Assembly (NCBI GenBank): GCA_019233975.1
Contig: JAFALY010000035.1
Span: forward strand, 65,819-129,818
Direction of reading: 5' to 3'
Source of the DNA: Alphaproteobacteria bacterium
GTDB taxonomy: Bacteria; Pseudomonadota; Alphaproteobacteria; UBA9219
DNA length: 64,000 nucleotides
In this document: in pieces, positions 30,339 through 38,790 of the stretch
Position numbering within the stretch: the stretch's first letter is position 1
Layout of the letters: every line of letters begins with the position of its first letter
The notes under the pieces: model-generated
Told to the model about the DNA's origin: nothing
The model's database searches: none
What the model saw: the letters and a program-made list of their open reading frames with translations, nothing else
Program-made: the position numbers and the translations under genes

Positions 30339-31271
30339 GTGATGACAATGAATAGACTGAACGCCACACGTGACCTGATAGATTTAGCTGATCAGAACGC
30401 CGCCCCTGAGAGGATACGTGCAGCCTTCCTTCATTGTTATGATGAAATTGAATCCGGCAACGTCCGGCTGGCCGATATTGTCAATATAGCGTTTGAAGGG
30501 CTGCAGGGCGATGAAAAGCTAATCACCCTTTACAGAACGGCGGCGCTGACAATCGCCCAGCATGTCGATAACGGACGGGACGGATCTGTCGATAATCCCT
30601 ATCACAACCCCGTGCATTTTGCGAAAATGGTCGTGAATTTCCGGGTTCTGGCGGCCCTGCATGCGCAACAGGAAAGGGGGTCGCCAATGACGCATACTGC
30701 AATCGCAGAGGGATTGCTGGCGGCGGCGGCGCACGACATATATCATGACGGGCGCGGTAATAAGATTGGAGCGCAACACACCCAATTCAGATTGGAGCAG
30801 CAGTCGATTGAGAAAGCCGAAGGCCTTTGTGCTGATTATGATGCGCAGGATAAGCGTAAAATCGCCCACGCCCTTTCGCTGATCAAGGTGACGGATACAT
30901 CCTCAGATGGTACGAATATATCGCCATCGCTCTACACGCGAAGTCTATATAACCGTCAGCGGGTCGAGCAGGCCCCGCCCTATGCGCAGGCATTAAAGAA
31001 GATCCTCAATAATCGTCAACGCTTGACAATCGCCACTTTGCTGCTGGATGCGGATATTTTCGCCAGCGTGCTGGATGAATCATGTTTTCAGCGTGAGGAC
31101 GCGCGTGTGAGCAAGGAAATAGAAATAGCCACAGGGCATGTACCCGATGCCGCTGGTTCGGCCCGCTATTTTCTTGGCACCGTCTTACAGGGGCAGGCCA
31201 CGACCTGGACAGCACGACAATTTGTCGATCCCTTTATCCAGCGCAGGTTGGTGCAGTTAATACCGCGTTGA
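30339..31271 (+). CDS. HD-domain protein with a class-I 3',5'-cyclic-nucleotide phosphodiesterase-like signature
   Basis: 'AAHDIYHDGRGNKIG' fits H-D-[LIVMFY]-x-H-x-[AG]-x(2)-[NQ]-x-[LIVMFY] exactly. Upstream 'YHNPVHFAKMV' resembles the PDE 'YHNxxHAxDV' motif. Confidence 0.45.
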   Translation: MMTMNRLNATRDLIDLADQNAAPERIRAAFLHCYDEIESGNVRLADIVNIAFEGLQGDEKLITLYRTAALTIAQHVDNGRDGSVDNPYHNPVHFAKMVVNFRVLAALHAQQERGSPMTHTAIAEGLLAAAAHDIYHDGRGNKIGAQHTQFRLEQQSIEKAEGLCADYDAQDKRKIAHALSLIKVTDTSSDGTNISPSLYTRSLYNRQRVEQAPPYAQALKKILNNRQRLTIATLLLDADIFASVLDESCFQREDARVSKEIEIATGHVPDAAGSARYFLGTVLQGQATTWTARQFVDPFIQRRLVQLIPR

Positions 31272-31274
31272 CAC

Positions 31275-31736
31275 TCATTCCGCCCAATCAACCTCGATTT
31301 TCATGCCAGCCTGATAATGCCCCGCCACCAGACAGGCAAGCTCGATCGGGCTATCGGGCGTTTTGTTAAAACGCCATGTCAGCGACTTTGTTTCGCCGGG
31401 GCGCACCATGACAGAGGTTGCGCTGTCACCGTGCTGTGCGCCTGACATTTGCAGCATCATTTTTTGATGCTGGCGCAGGGCGGGTTTATCGCCGATGTCC
31501 AGTTCATGCAGGACTTTGTCTTTGTTGGTGACGACAAAGGTAATCACCTCGCCATGCTTGATGGTCAGGCTGTCCGGGTCAAAACGCATGTCGGGCAGGG
31601 CCAGAATGGTCACGGTGCGTGTTGCCTCGGCTGCCTTGGCAGGTTCGCCAAAGCTGTAGGTCGTTTGATCATCAGCACGGACGCTGACAGGTACCATGCC
31701 AAGGAAAAGCAGTAGACAAATAACGGCGCGTAACAT
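31275..31736 (-). CDS. cupredoxin-family (type-1 copper) periplasmic protein
   Basis: Signal peptide 'MLRAVICLLLFLGMVPVSVRA'. Candidate ligands are His in 'VLHELDIGD' and a Cys-x4-His-x4-Met arrangement in 'LACLVAGHYQAGM'. Confidence 0.55.
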   Translation of the reverse strand: MLRAVICLLLFLGMVPVSVRADDQTTYSFGEPAKAAEATRTVTILALPDMRFDPDSLTIKHGEVITFVVTNKDKVLHELDIGDKPALRQHQKMMLQMSGAQHGDSATSVMVRPGETKSLTWRFNKTPDSPIELACLVAGHYQAGMKIEVDWAE

Positions 31737-31817
31737 GACACTCACCTGTTGTGAAATGCGATGCCACACCATAAAGCGCGTTTCCCTGCGGATCAATGAT
31801 GCAAGTCAACCTTGCCC

Positions 31818-32354
31818 CTATGATTTTTGCTTTTCCGCCCCCTCCAGACCGTACCAGTCAACCAGCTTTTCCAAGCCTTCCTGCAACAAAGCGATGCCAG
31901 ACAGGCTGGGCATTTTGTCAAAACAGGCGGCATCGACAACGGTTGTGCCTGCACGACCCCCGATTTCTTCAACCGCATGGCGCCAACGGCGATAGGCGGC
32001 CTCGGCCGCATCGCTGCGGTCCGGGCGACCCCGGTTATGGTTGGGCTGGTCGTCAAGGCGCGGGGCATAACGGCCAATGGTGCGTATGGCCAGACCGGCC
32101 ATTTGGAAATCTGCTTTCAACCGCATGGCCGCTTCGCTTTGCGTCTCCGTGAGGAGGCCTTTCGTAACCATTATGTCTACGACATGCTCTTCGGCGGCCT
32201 TGGCTATGGCACCGGCATCAGGGGTTGGGCGGACCAGAAGGCGTCCGGTGTGCTGCCAGCGTTCAATCGGCCCCATATCTATGTAACCATATCTTTTCTT
32301 GAATCTTTTGTCTGATGATACGGGACGGCGGTGAGATCTACGGCAAAGCGGCAT
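31818..32354 (-). CDS. hypothetical protein, divergent from the S24 repressor gene
   Basis: No recognisable motif. The start is uncertain (ATG at 32354, or 32276 'MGPIERW'). Confidence 0.35.
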   Translation of the reverse strand: MPLCRRSHRRPVSSDKRFKKRYGYIDMGPIERWQHTGRLLVRPTPDAGAIAKAAEEHVVDIMVTKGLLTETQSEAAMRLKADFQMAGLAIRTIGRYAPRLDDQPNHNRGRPDRSDAAEAAYRRWRHAVEEIGGRAGTTVVDAACFDKMPSLSGIALLQEGLEKLVDWYGLEGAEKQKS

Positions 32355-32388
32355 CGGAATCTCCTGTATATGGATGGTTGCCCATAAA

Positions 32389-32440
32389 CGTATCCAAAAT
32401 GGATACGATAATCAAGAAAAATCGTACCCATTTTGTACTA
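32389..32440. promoter_or_regulatory. two operator-like palindromic sites sharing a CAAAATGG core
   Basis: Site 1 is CGTATCCAAAATGGATACG (32389-32407, perfect 7-bp inverted arms). Site 2 is CGTACCCATTTTGTACTA (32423-32440), which read on the other strand is TAGTACAAAATGGGTACG. Confidence 0.4.
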
Positions 32441-32488
32441 TGACCCTGATGCGGGTTATGATATCTTGCGGCTAGAAAGACTTAACGC

Positions 32489-33121
32489 ATGAATCATATT
32501 CGCACACACCGCACCGCGCGTGGCTGGAGCCTGCAGCAGCTGGCCGATGCCGCGGGCACATCCAAAAGCCAGATCGACAAACTGGAAAAGGGTGAACGTC
32601 GCCTGACGGTCGACTGGATGGTACGGCTGGCGCGTGCGCTTTCTTGTGACCCGCGTGACCTGATGCCCGAGGCTGGCCTTGGCGGCGCTTTGGAACGTTC
32701 GGCCGCCAATGAAGATCGCCCATTTGCCGATTCCCAACATCTGATACCGGTGCGTGGCGCCGCGCGCGGTGGCGACCGGCAGGAAATGTTTTTGGCTGAT
32801 GGTCCCATTGACCATGTGCCGCGTCCTTATTATCTGGCGCATGTGCGCGACGCCTATGCCATTTATGTGGTTGGTACATCCATGGTGCCGATGTACAGGC
32901 CACGCCAGCTTTTATTCGTCAACCCGTATAAGCCGCCCGCGCCCGGTAACGGCGTTGTTATCATCGACCATCGCGGCGCCGTGTTGATTAAGGAATTTGT
33001 GCGCCAGAAACCAACCGGTGTTGTGGTGCGCGAATATCAACCGGCCCTGCGCGACTTTACCGTGGCACAGGATGATGTTGCGACCATGCACGCGGTTGTA
33101 GGTGCGGCAGAGCCGCAATAA
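32489..33121 (+). CDS. LexA/CI-like repressor: N-terminal XRE HTH plus C-terminal S24 peptidase domain
   Basis: HTH 'RGWSLQQLADAAGTSKSQIDKLEKGER', S24 Ser motif 'VVGTSMVP' and a downstream Lys in 'VLIKEF'. Confidence 0.75.
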   Translation: MNHIRTHRTARGWSLQQLADAAGTSKSQIDKLEKGERRLTVDWMVRLARALSCDPRDLMPEAGLGGALERSAANEDRPFADSQHLIPVRGAARGGDRQEMFLADGPIDHVPRPYYLAHVRDAYAIYVVGTSMVPMYRPRQLLFVNPYKPPAPGNGVVIIDHRGAVLIKEFVRQKPTGVVVREYQPALRDFTVAQDDVATMHAVVGAAEPQ

Positions 33122-33137
33122 ACAGACTGAATGGCGG

Positions 33138-34367
33138 TCAGCGTCGCGGCAGCAAACGCGCATCTTGCGGCGTGGGGTCGGCATAAATCGGCCATGCGGC
33201 ATGGTGCATCAGGGCTTCCTGTACCAGATGTTCCAGCAATTCGCTGAATAACATCGGGTTCTCACGCGACGCTTCCCACAGGAAATAACCGAATGAACCC
33301 GGTATGGTGTTCGCTTCATTGAACCAGACCTGACCCGTGGCGCCATTGCACAGGAAATCGAGGCGCGGCGCGCCTGCGCATGCCACGCTGTCAAACACCA
33401 TGGTGGCCCAACGGCGTATATTGGCTTCGGTTTCCGCAGGCAGTTCGGGGTTGATGGTACGCGTCAACGACAACATGCCTTCGCTCGCGCAGCCCGGGGT
33501 TTTGCTGCCGTCGGTTTTTGTGCCGGCTTTGGTGCCGTTGCCGCCGACATATTTGGTTTTGAAGTCCAGTAATGCGTTGGTGCGCTTGGGGCATTCAATG
33601 GCGGATGTGATAACGCGCCCGCCCCGGCGGCACACCGCCACGTTATATTCAACCAGATTATCGACAAAAGGTTCCAGCAAGGCCGTGTCGTCATAACGGA
33701 AAATACTGGCCGTCAGCACGTCCGATACTTCTTCGTATGATTTGACCATCGACACACCGATACTGCTGCCCATATGTGCGGGTTTGATGCAGCAGGGGAA
33801 GCTGACATCCGGCAACAGTTTCCGTAATTCGTCGGGCGTGATGAGCGTTCCCTCTGTCGGGCGGCGAATTTCCCAGAAAGGCAGGACGGGCACGTCCAAT
33901 CCCGCCAGAACGCGCTTGGTCGCCGCCTTGTCCATAAAGGCGGATGACGCCAGCACACGCGCGCCTGTATAGGGGACATGCGCCGTTTCAAACAAACCCT
34001 GCACCGCGCCGTCTTCGCCGATTGCGCCATGGAAGGCCAGAAACGCGACATCGAACGGAATGGTTTTTGTCCTGCCAAAAAAAGAGGTGCGACGCGTGAT
34101 CAGTTGCGGCTGACGCGGGCAGGACAGGTCCAATACAACCTCGGTCAAGGCGCCGCGTGTTACGTTGTCCAGCATATAACTGTTGCGGTGACGCAGCGCT
34201 TCGCCGGTCAACCACGCGCCGTCTGGCGCCACATAAAGCGGGATGGCCTCGAACAGGGTTGGGTCAAAGGCGGACAGGGCCTGCAAACCGGTGATGATGC
34301 TGACATCATGTTCGGGCGAACGCCCGCCAAACATCACCAGAATCTTCTTACGTTGTGTTGCGGACAT
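33138..34367 (-). CDS. D-alanine--D-alanine ligase family ATP-grasp enzyme (atypical, 410 aa)
   Basis: Ddl N-terminal signature 'KILVMFGGRSPEHDVS', 'DKAATKRVLAGLDVPVLPF', 'PCCIKPAHMGSSIGVS' and C-terminal 'RLDFLCNGATGQVWFNEANTIPG'. A ~45-aa Gly/Thr/Lys-rich insertion and a ~60-aa C-terminal extension are not found in canonical Ddl. Confidence 0.7.
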   Translation of the reverse strand: MSATQRKKILVMFGGRSPEHDVSIITGLQALSAFDPTLFEAIPLYVAPDGAWLTGEALRHRNSYMLDNVTRGALTEVVLDLSCPRQPQLITRRTSFFGRTKTIPFDVAFLAFHGAIGEDGAVQGLFETAHVPYTGARVLASSAFMDKAATKRVLAGLDVPVLPFWEIRRPTEGTLITPDELRKLLPDVSFPCCIKPAHMGSSIGVSMVKSYEEVSDVLTASIFRYDDTALLEPFVDNLVEYNVAVCRRGGRVITSAIECPKRTNALLDFKTKYVGGNGTKAGTKTDGSKTPGCASEGMLSLTRTINPELPAETEANIRRWATMVFDSVACAGAPRLDFLCNGATGQVWFNEANTIPGSFGYFLWEASRENPMLFSELLEHLVQEALMHHAAWPIYADPTPQDARLLPRR

Positions 34368-34481
34368 GGGGCAGATTTTCGCTTTCCAGACTATCGCTTT
34401 TCGGCTTGCTTCGATGAATAAAGTTTGGTGATCATAGGCCATGCCAACTGCGCAGCGCAAGTTGCGCGGCAATCTTTACCG

Positions 34482-35261
34482 ATGCAGGGTTTTGTGAACG
34501 ACGCCCCCCTTTCTTCCATCCATTACCGCCTGTCCGGCGTGGCGTTGGAACAGGCGTCACGCGTGTTTGTCTGGGGCCATGGCTGGGGGCAGAGCGGGCA
34601 GGTTTTCGCCCCTATGGCCGAATCATTGCCACAGGCGGCGCATATACTGCTCGACTTCCCCGGTTTTGGCGCGTCACCCCTGCCGCCCGCCCATTGGGGC
34701 GTTGCCGATTACGCCGATGCCTGTGCCGCACTGCTGGACACCCTGCCGTTGCCGGGCAAAGAGGTCATCTGGGTCGGGCATTCTTTTGGCGGTCGCGTGG
34801 GCGTCAGTTTGGTCGCGCGGTATCCGGGCAAAATTACCAAATTGTGCCTGGTCGCGGCGGCCGGGCTGAAGCGCCGCCGTCCCTGGTACCAGAAACTGCG
34901 GTCCGGGATACAGGTCGCTTTTTTCAAAACCTTGCGTCGTTTGCCATGGCATCTGGCGTGGGTTGAACGCATGAAGTCGCGCATGGGCAGTGCCGATTAC
35001 AGGAATGCGGGCGCCATGCGTCCGGTGTTCGTGCGTGTTGTGAATGAAGATCTGGCCGCCACCGCGCTGCAGATACGCTGCCCGACTTTACTGATTTACG
35101 GCGGGCGGGACACTGAAACGCCGCCCAGTATGGGCGAAGATTATGCCCATCTGATACCGCAGGTGCGCTTTCTGCTGGCCCCGGACGCTGATCATTACTC
35201 CCTTTTGGGCGCGCATCGCGCGATTGTCATGAAATGGATCAAGGAATTTACGGGATGCTGA
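34482..35261 (+). CDS. alpha/beta-fold hydrolase
   Basis: Nucleophile elbow 'GHSFGG' plus 'HGWGQS' and a C-terminal 'DADHYS' (Asp-His). The alternative start is 34425. The stop overlaps the next gene's ATG (ATGCTGA). Confidence 0.7.
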   Translation: MQGFVNDAPLSSIHYRLSGVALEQASRVFVWGHGWGQSGQVFAPMAESLPQAAHILLDFPGFGASPLPPAHWGVADYADACAALLDTLPLPGKEVIWVGHSFGGRVGVSLVARYPGKITKLCLVAAAGLKRRRPWYQKLRSGIQVAFFKTLRRLPWHLAWVERMKSRMGSADYRNAGAMRPVFVRVVNEDLAATALQIRCPTLLIYGGRDTETPPSMGEDYAHLIPQVRFLLAPDADHYSLLGAHRAIVMKWIKEFTGC

Positions 35262-36853
35262 ATTTTGACAACGGCGCTATGGCCATCGTCCTATTATCGG
35301 CGTGCGGGTTTTGCTATCGCCGCCTGCTGCGCTACTTGCATATGTTCCAGCAGGATGATTATAACGAAGTGCGTCTGCTACAATGGTTGTGGCATACGGG
35401 CTCATTCGATCGTCGCATTTCTATAGCCTTGGTATTGATCGCCTTGCTGGCGGTTTGGGTTTTGTCTCCGTCCTATGCCGCCTTGGCCGTTGCGTTACTG
35501 TTCGCTGTTGCCGCGTGGCGCGAACCTGACCCCCGTGTGGCGGGTAAAAAGAAACTGGTCATCACGCAACGTGCGCGCCGCATTCTGGTGATGGCGTGCC
35601 TGTTGCAGTTCCTGCTTATACTCGCAGTCGGCATTAAAATGCAGCCTGTCGCATGGGTCTTGGCTGTGCAGTTTGTGCCCTTGGCCGTTGTGATCGGCAA
35701 TATCCTGCTGCGCCCCGTGGAAGCGCGTATTCAGGCCAAGATTATGCGCGAAGCCGTGCAGCGGTTGCAGCAGGTCGCGCCAAAGATTATCGGCATCACC
35801 GGGTCATTCGGCAAAACATCCGTCAAACACATTCTGGGCCATGTGCTGGAAGTGAACGCGTCCACGCTCTATACGCCGGGCAGCGTCAATACGCTCATGG
35901 GCATTTCGCGCATTATCCGCGAGAAATTGCCGGACCAATGCCGCTTTTTCATTGTGGAGATGGGAGCCTATGGCGTGGGGTCTATTACACGCCTGTGCCG
36001 TTTCACGCCGCCTGATCTGGGCATTATCACGGCGATCGGCGAGGCACATTATGAACGTTTCAAAAGCCTGGATGGCGTGGCGCACGCCAAGTTCGAATTG
36101 GCCGACAGCGTATGGCGTAAGCCAGATGGGCAGATGGTCCTGCATCAGCAAACACTGTCACAACCCTATGCCGCCGGTCAGGTGGCCGCGCATCGTGGGC
36201 AGGCCTGGGTGTGCGGAGCGGGTCCCGATGCGGATGCTGCTGTGCAAGATGTGCAAACAACGCCACAGGGGTTGACGCTGTCCCTTACGTGGTGCGGCAT
36301 GACCTATGCGCTGCAAGTGCCATTGTTCGGCAAACATCACGCGGACAACGTGGCACTGGCATTTGTGGCGGCGGCCACGCTTGGTATCGCGCCTGAGAAA
36401 ATTGTCTATGCGTTGCGTACCGTGCCACAGATCAAGCACCGGCTGGAGGTTAAAAAGCAAGGTGATATGACCCTGATCGACGACGCGTTCAATTCCAACC
36501 CGCGCGGTTTTGCCGAAGCGGTTGATGTGATGGCGTTGCTGGCATCGGCGGGGCAGGGCCGCGCCATTTTGGTGACGCCGGGTTTGGTGGAGTTGGGCGA
36601 GCGGCACGATCAGGTGCATCATGATCTGGGGGTCCATGCAGCGCAGAAAAGTGATGTCGTATTGGCGATTGCTCCCGATCGTATCCCCGATTTCATTACC
36701 GCCATCCAGCAAACCGCGCCGGGTAAAACGCTTTTACTGATGCCGACCATGGCGGCGGCATTGGCATGGGTGCGCGATAATGCGCGTGCAAGCGACGTTG
36801 TGCTGCTTGAAAACGATTTGCCGGATTTGTACGAAGCGCGCCTCAGCCTCTAA
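35255..36853 (+). CDS. Mur-ligase family protein (MurF-like) with an N-terminal polytopic membrane domain
   Basis: Residues ~1-170 hold 4-5 hydrophobic helices. These are followed by 'IIGITGSFGKTSVK' (Mur-ligase P-loop), 'DDAFNSNP' (MurF DDSYNANP-like) and 'IKHRLE'. Confidence 0.7.
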   Translation: MLNFDNGAMAIVLLSACGFCYRRLLRYLHMFQQDDYNEVRLLQWLWHTGSFDRRISIALVLIALLAVWVLSPSYAALAVALLFAVAAWREPDPRVAGKKKLVITQRARRILVMACLLQFLLILAVGIKMQPVAWVLAVQFVPLAVVIGNILLRPVEARIQAKIMREAVQRLQQVAPKIIGITGSFGKTSVKHILGHVLEVNASTLYTPGSVNTLMGISRIIREKLPDQCRFFIVEMGAYGVGSITRLCRFTPPDLGIITAIGEAHYERFKSLDGVAHAKFELADSVWRKPDGQMVLHQQTLSQPYAAGQVAAHRGQAWVCGAGPDADAAVQDVQTTPQGLTLSLTWCGMTYALQVPLFGKHHADNVALAFVAAATLGIAPEKIVYALRTVPQIKHRLEVKKQGDMTLIDDAFNSNPRGFAEAVDVMALLASAGQGRAILVTPGLVELGERHDQVHHDLGVHAAQKSDVVLAIAPDRIPDFITAIQQTAPGKTLLLMPTMAAALAWVRDNARASDVVLLENDLPDLYEARLSL

Positions 36854-36864
36854 GGCAAACGGCC

Positions 36865-37974
36865 TTAAGCGTGCGCGTTGATCAGGTCGCCCAGTTTGTC
36901 GACCAGAAACGCCATGTCGTCCTGACCCATATCCTGATACTGCGTCAAAATACGTTCAATGACGCGCGCGCGGTAAATGTCGCGGCCATTGGCTTCATCG
37001 ACCATCAGCGTTTCGCTGATCACGTCAACGGCAGTGCGGAAGGCAGGCAGCAGGCGTGGCGGCAGGCTGGTTTTGGCGTAAAGCGACTTCAGGCCCAAAC
37101 GCCCTGCATCATGGATCAGGATGCGTGCGTTGACGATCGGCACATTGGCCAAAACCGCCATGGATACTTCGAAAAACAGCAGGTCGCCCATGCAAACCGA
37201 ACGCAGCACCAATGACGGCGTCAGGCGCTTGTTCTGATGCATCTGGGTCAGCATGCGTTCCAGGTCTTTTTCATTCGAATTGCCGGACAATGTCATCACG
37301 GCGCGTTCGCGCGATTGCAGCACAAGATTGGCCGCGATATTCGGCGACATTTCATGGTGCACCATCAGATAATCCTGCAGATTATCCGATACCAAAGTAA
37401 CCAGACGTTCGGCCACGACAGCGGGCAGGGTATCGCGCTTCACCATCTTTTCCTTGACCAGATTGCTTTCGGAAAAGCGGTCAACCGCCTTGTTCATGCT
37501 GGGCGTGTTGATGACGGCGCCGTTGTTTTCCATCAAACGGGCAACCGTCTTTTCGCTGCCTTTATCGATCAGCGCCTCGGAAACTTTTTCAGACACAATC
37601 GCGCGCGATGCAATCGCTGCGTGTTTGGCCTCGTCGCCTTTGTGGACAATGGCGGTCAGGTCTTCGTCGGTTAAAATGCTGGAATAAGTCAAAATGGGTG
37701 AGGCAACGCTTTCGACGTCGTTCGCCAGCTTGACGGCAACGTCGTGCGGCATGCGTGCGGCGCTGCGCAGGCTTTCGGCCAGGGCCTGACGCACGGAAAC
37801 TTCGACGTCACGCGCCATGATGCGCACGATATCCTCGGCCAATCCAAGCTCGGTTGACGTCATGCGCGGGTTGTCGATTTCAAGGGCCAGCTTACTGGCA
37901 AGCTCAGCACGCACTTTCGGCAATGGCTCAGCGAGCAGTTTGGCGACGTCGGATTGTGACAGGCTTGATGCCAT
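36865..37974 (-). CDS. DUF2336-like alphaproteobacterial conserved protein
   Basis: 369-aa all-helical repeat-like protein. The family assignment is from memory of size and composition only. Confidence 0.4.
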   Translation of the reverse strand: MASSLSQSDVAKLLAEPLPKVRAELASKLALEIDNPRMTSTELGLAEDIVRIMARDVEVSVRQALAESLRSAARMPHDVAVKLANDVESVASPILTYSSILTDEDLTAIVHKGDEAKHAAIASRAIVSEKVSEALIDKGSEKTVARLMENNGAVINTPSMNKAVDRFSESNLVKEKMVKRDTLPAVVAERLVTLVSDNLQDYLMVHHEMSPNIAANLVLQSRERAVMTLSGNSNEKDLERMLTQMHQNKRLTPSLVLRSVCMGDLLFFEVSMAVLANVPIVNARILIHDAGRLGLKSLYAKTSLPPRLLPAFRTAVDVISETLMVDEANGRDIYRARVIERILTQYQDMGQDDMAFLVDKLGDLINAHA

Positions 37975-38262
37975 AGAGGTTCGACCCGAAAGTATATTGT
38001 GCTGTAATTGGACCAGAAAGGCAGGTCCTACTAACCATAGCTTATCTTAAAACTAAGTTTACACAAAATATTTGCCCATTCGTAAACGCCCTGACCATTT
38101 TCGTATGTTATGGTGCAACAATGACGCATTTGGCCATATATAGACGTTTTATTTCCTATCATTTTAATAAAACTGCATCCGGTTGATGCGAACGGTTATT
38201 GCCAAGGCGGCTACCCTGCCTGTATAGGGTCGGTCGATGTTTTTCCAACCGACGGGCCAAAC

Positions 38263-38787
38263 ATGACCATGATCGACTTCAAAAAGCATATTCGCGGCGT
38301 TCCGGATTTCCCGAAACCGGGGATCCTTTTTTACGATATCGGCACCCTATTGGCGAACGGACCCGTCTGGCGTCAGGCGGTTGACCAGATGGTTGAAAGG
38401 GTCCGCCCCCTGCAACCCGAGGTTTTAATCGGCATCGAATCGCGCGGCTTTTTGGTGGCGGCGCCCTTGGCCGCGGCACTGAATATCGGTTTCGTCATGG
38501 CGCGCAAAAAAGGCAAGCTGCCGGGCAAAACCATCCCGCACACTTACGACCTTGAATATGGTTCCGACACCATCGAAATTCAGGAAGGCATGCTGGCCCC
38601 GGGGCAACGCGCGGTTATCTGTGATGACCTGCTGGCGACCGGCGGCACTTGCGCTGCGGCCATTCATTTGGCACGCAAAATCGGTGCCGATGTCATTCAT
38701 GCCGCTTTTGTCATAGAGCTCGCGTTCCTGAACGGGCGCAGCAAGCTGGGCGTGCCTTGCACCAGCCTTATCAGCTACGACGAATAA
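38263..38787 (+). CDS. apt: adenine phosphoribosyltransferase
   Basis: '[14 protein letters not shown]' and PRPP-binding '[12 protein letters not shown]'. Confidence 0.9.
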   Translation: MTMIDFKKHIRGVPDFPKPGILFYDIGTLLANGPVWRQAVDQMVERVRPLQPEVLIGIESRGFLVAAPLAAALNIGFVMARKKGKLPGKTIPHTYDLEYGSDTIEIQEGMLAPGQRAVICDDLLATGGTCAAAIHLARKIGADVIHAAFVIELAFLNGRSKLGVPCTSLISYDE

Positions 38788-38790
38788 CGA

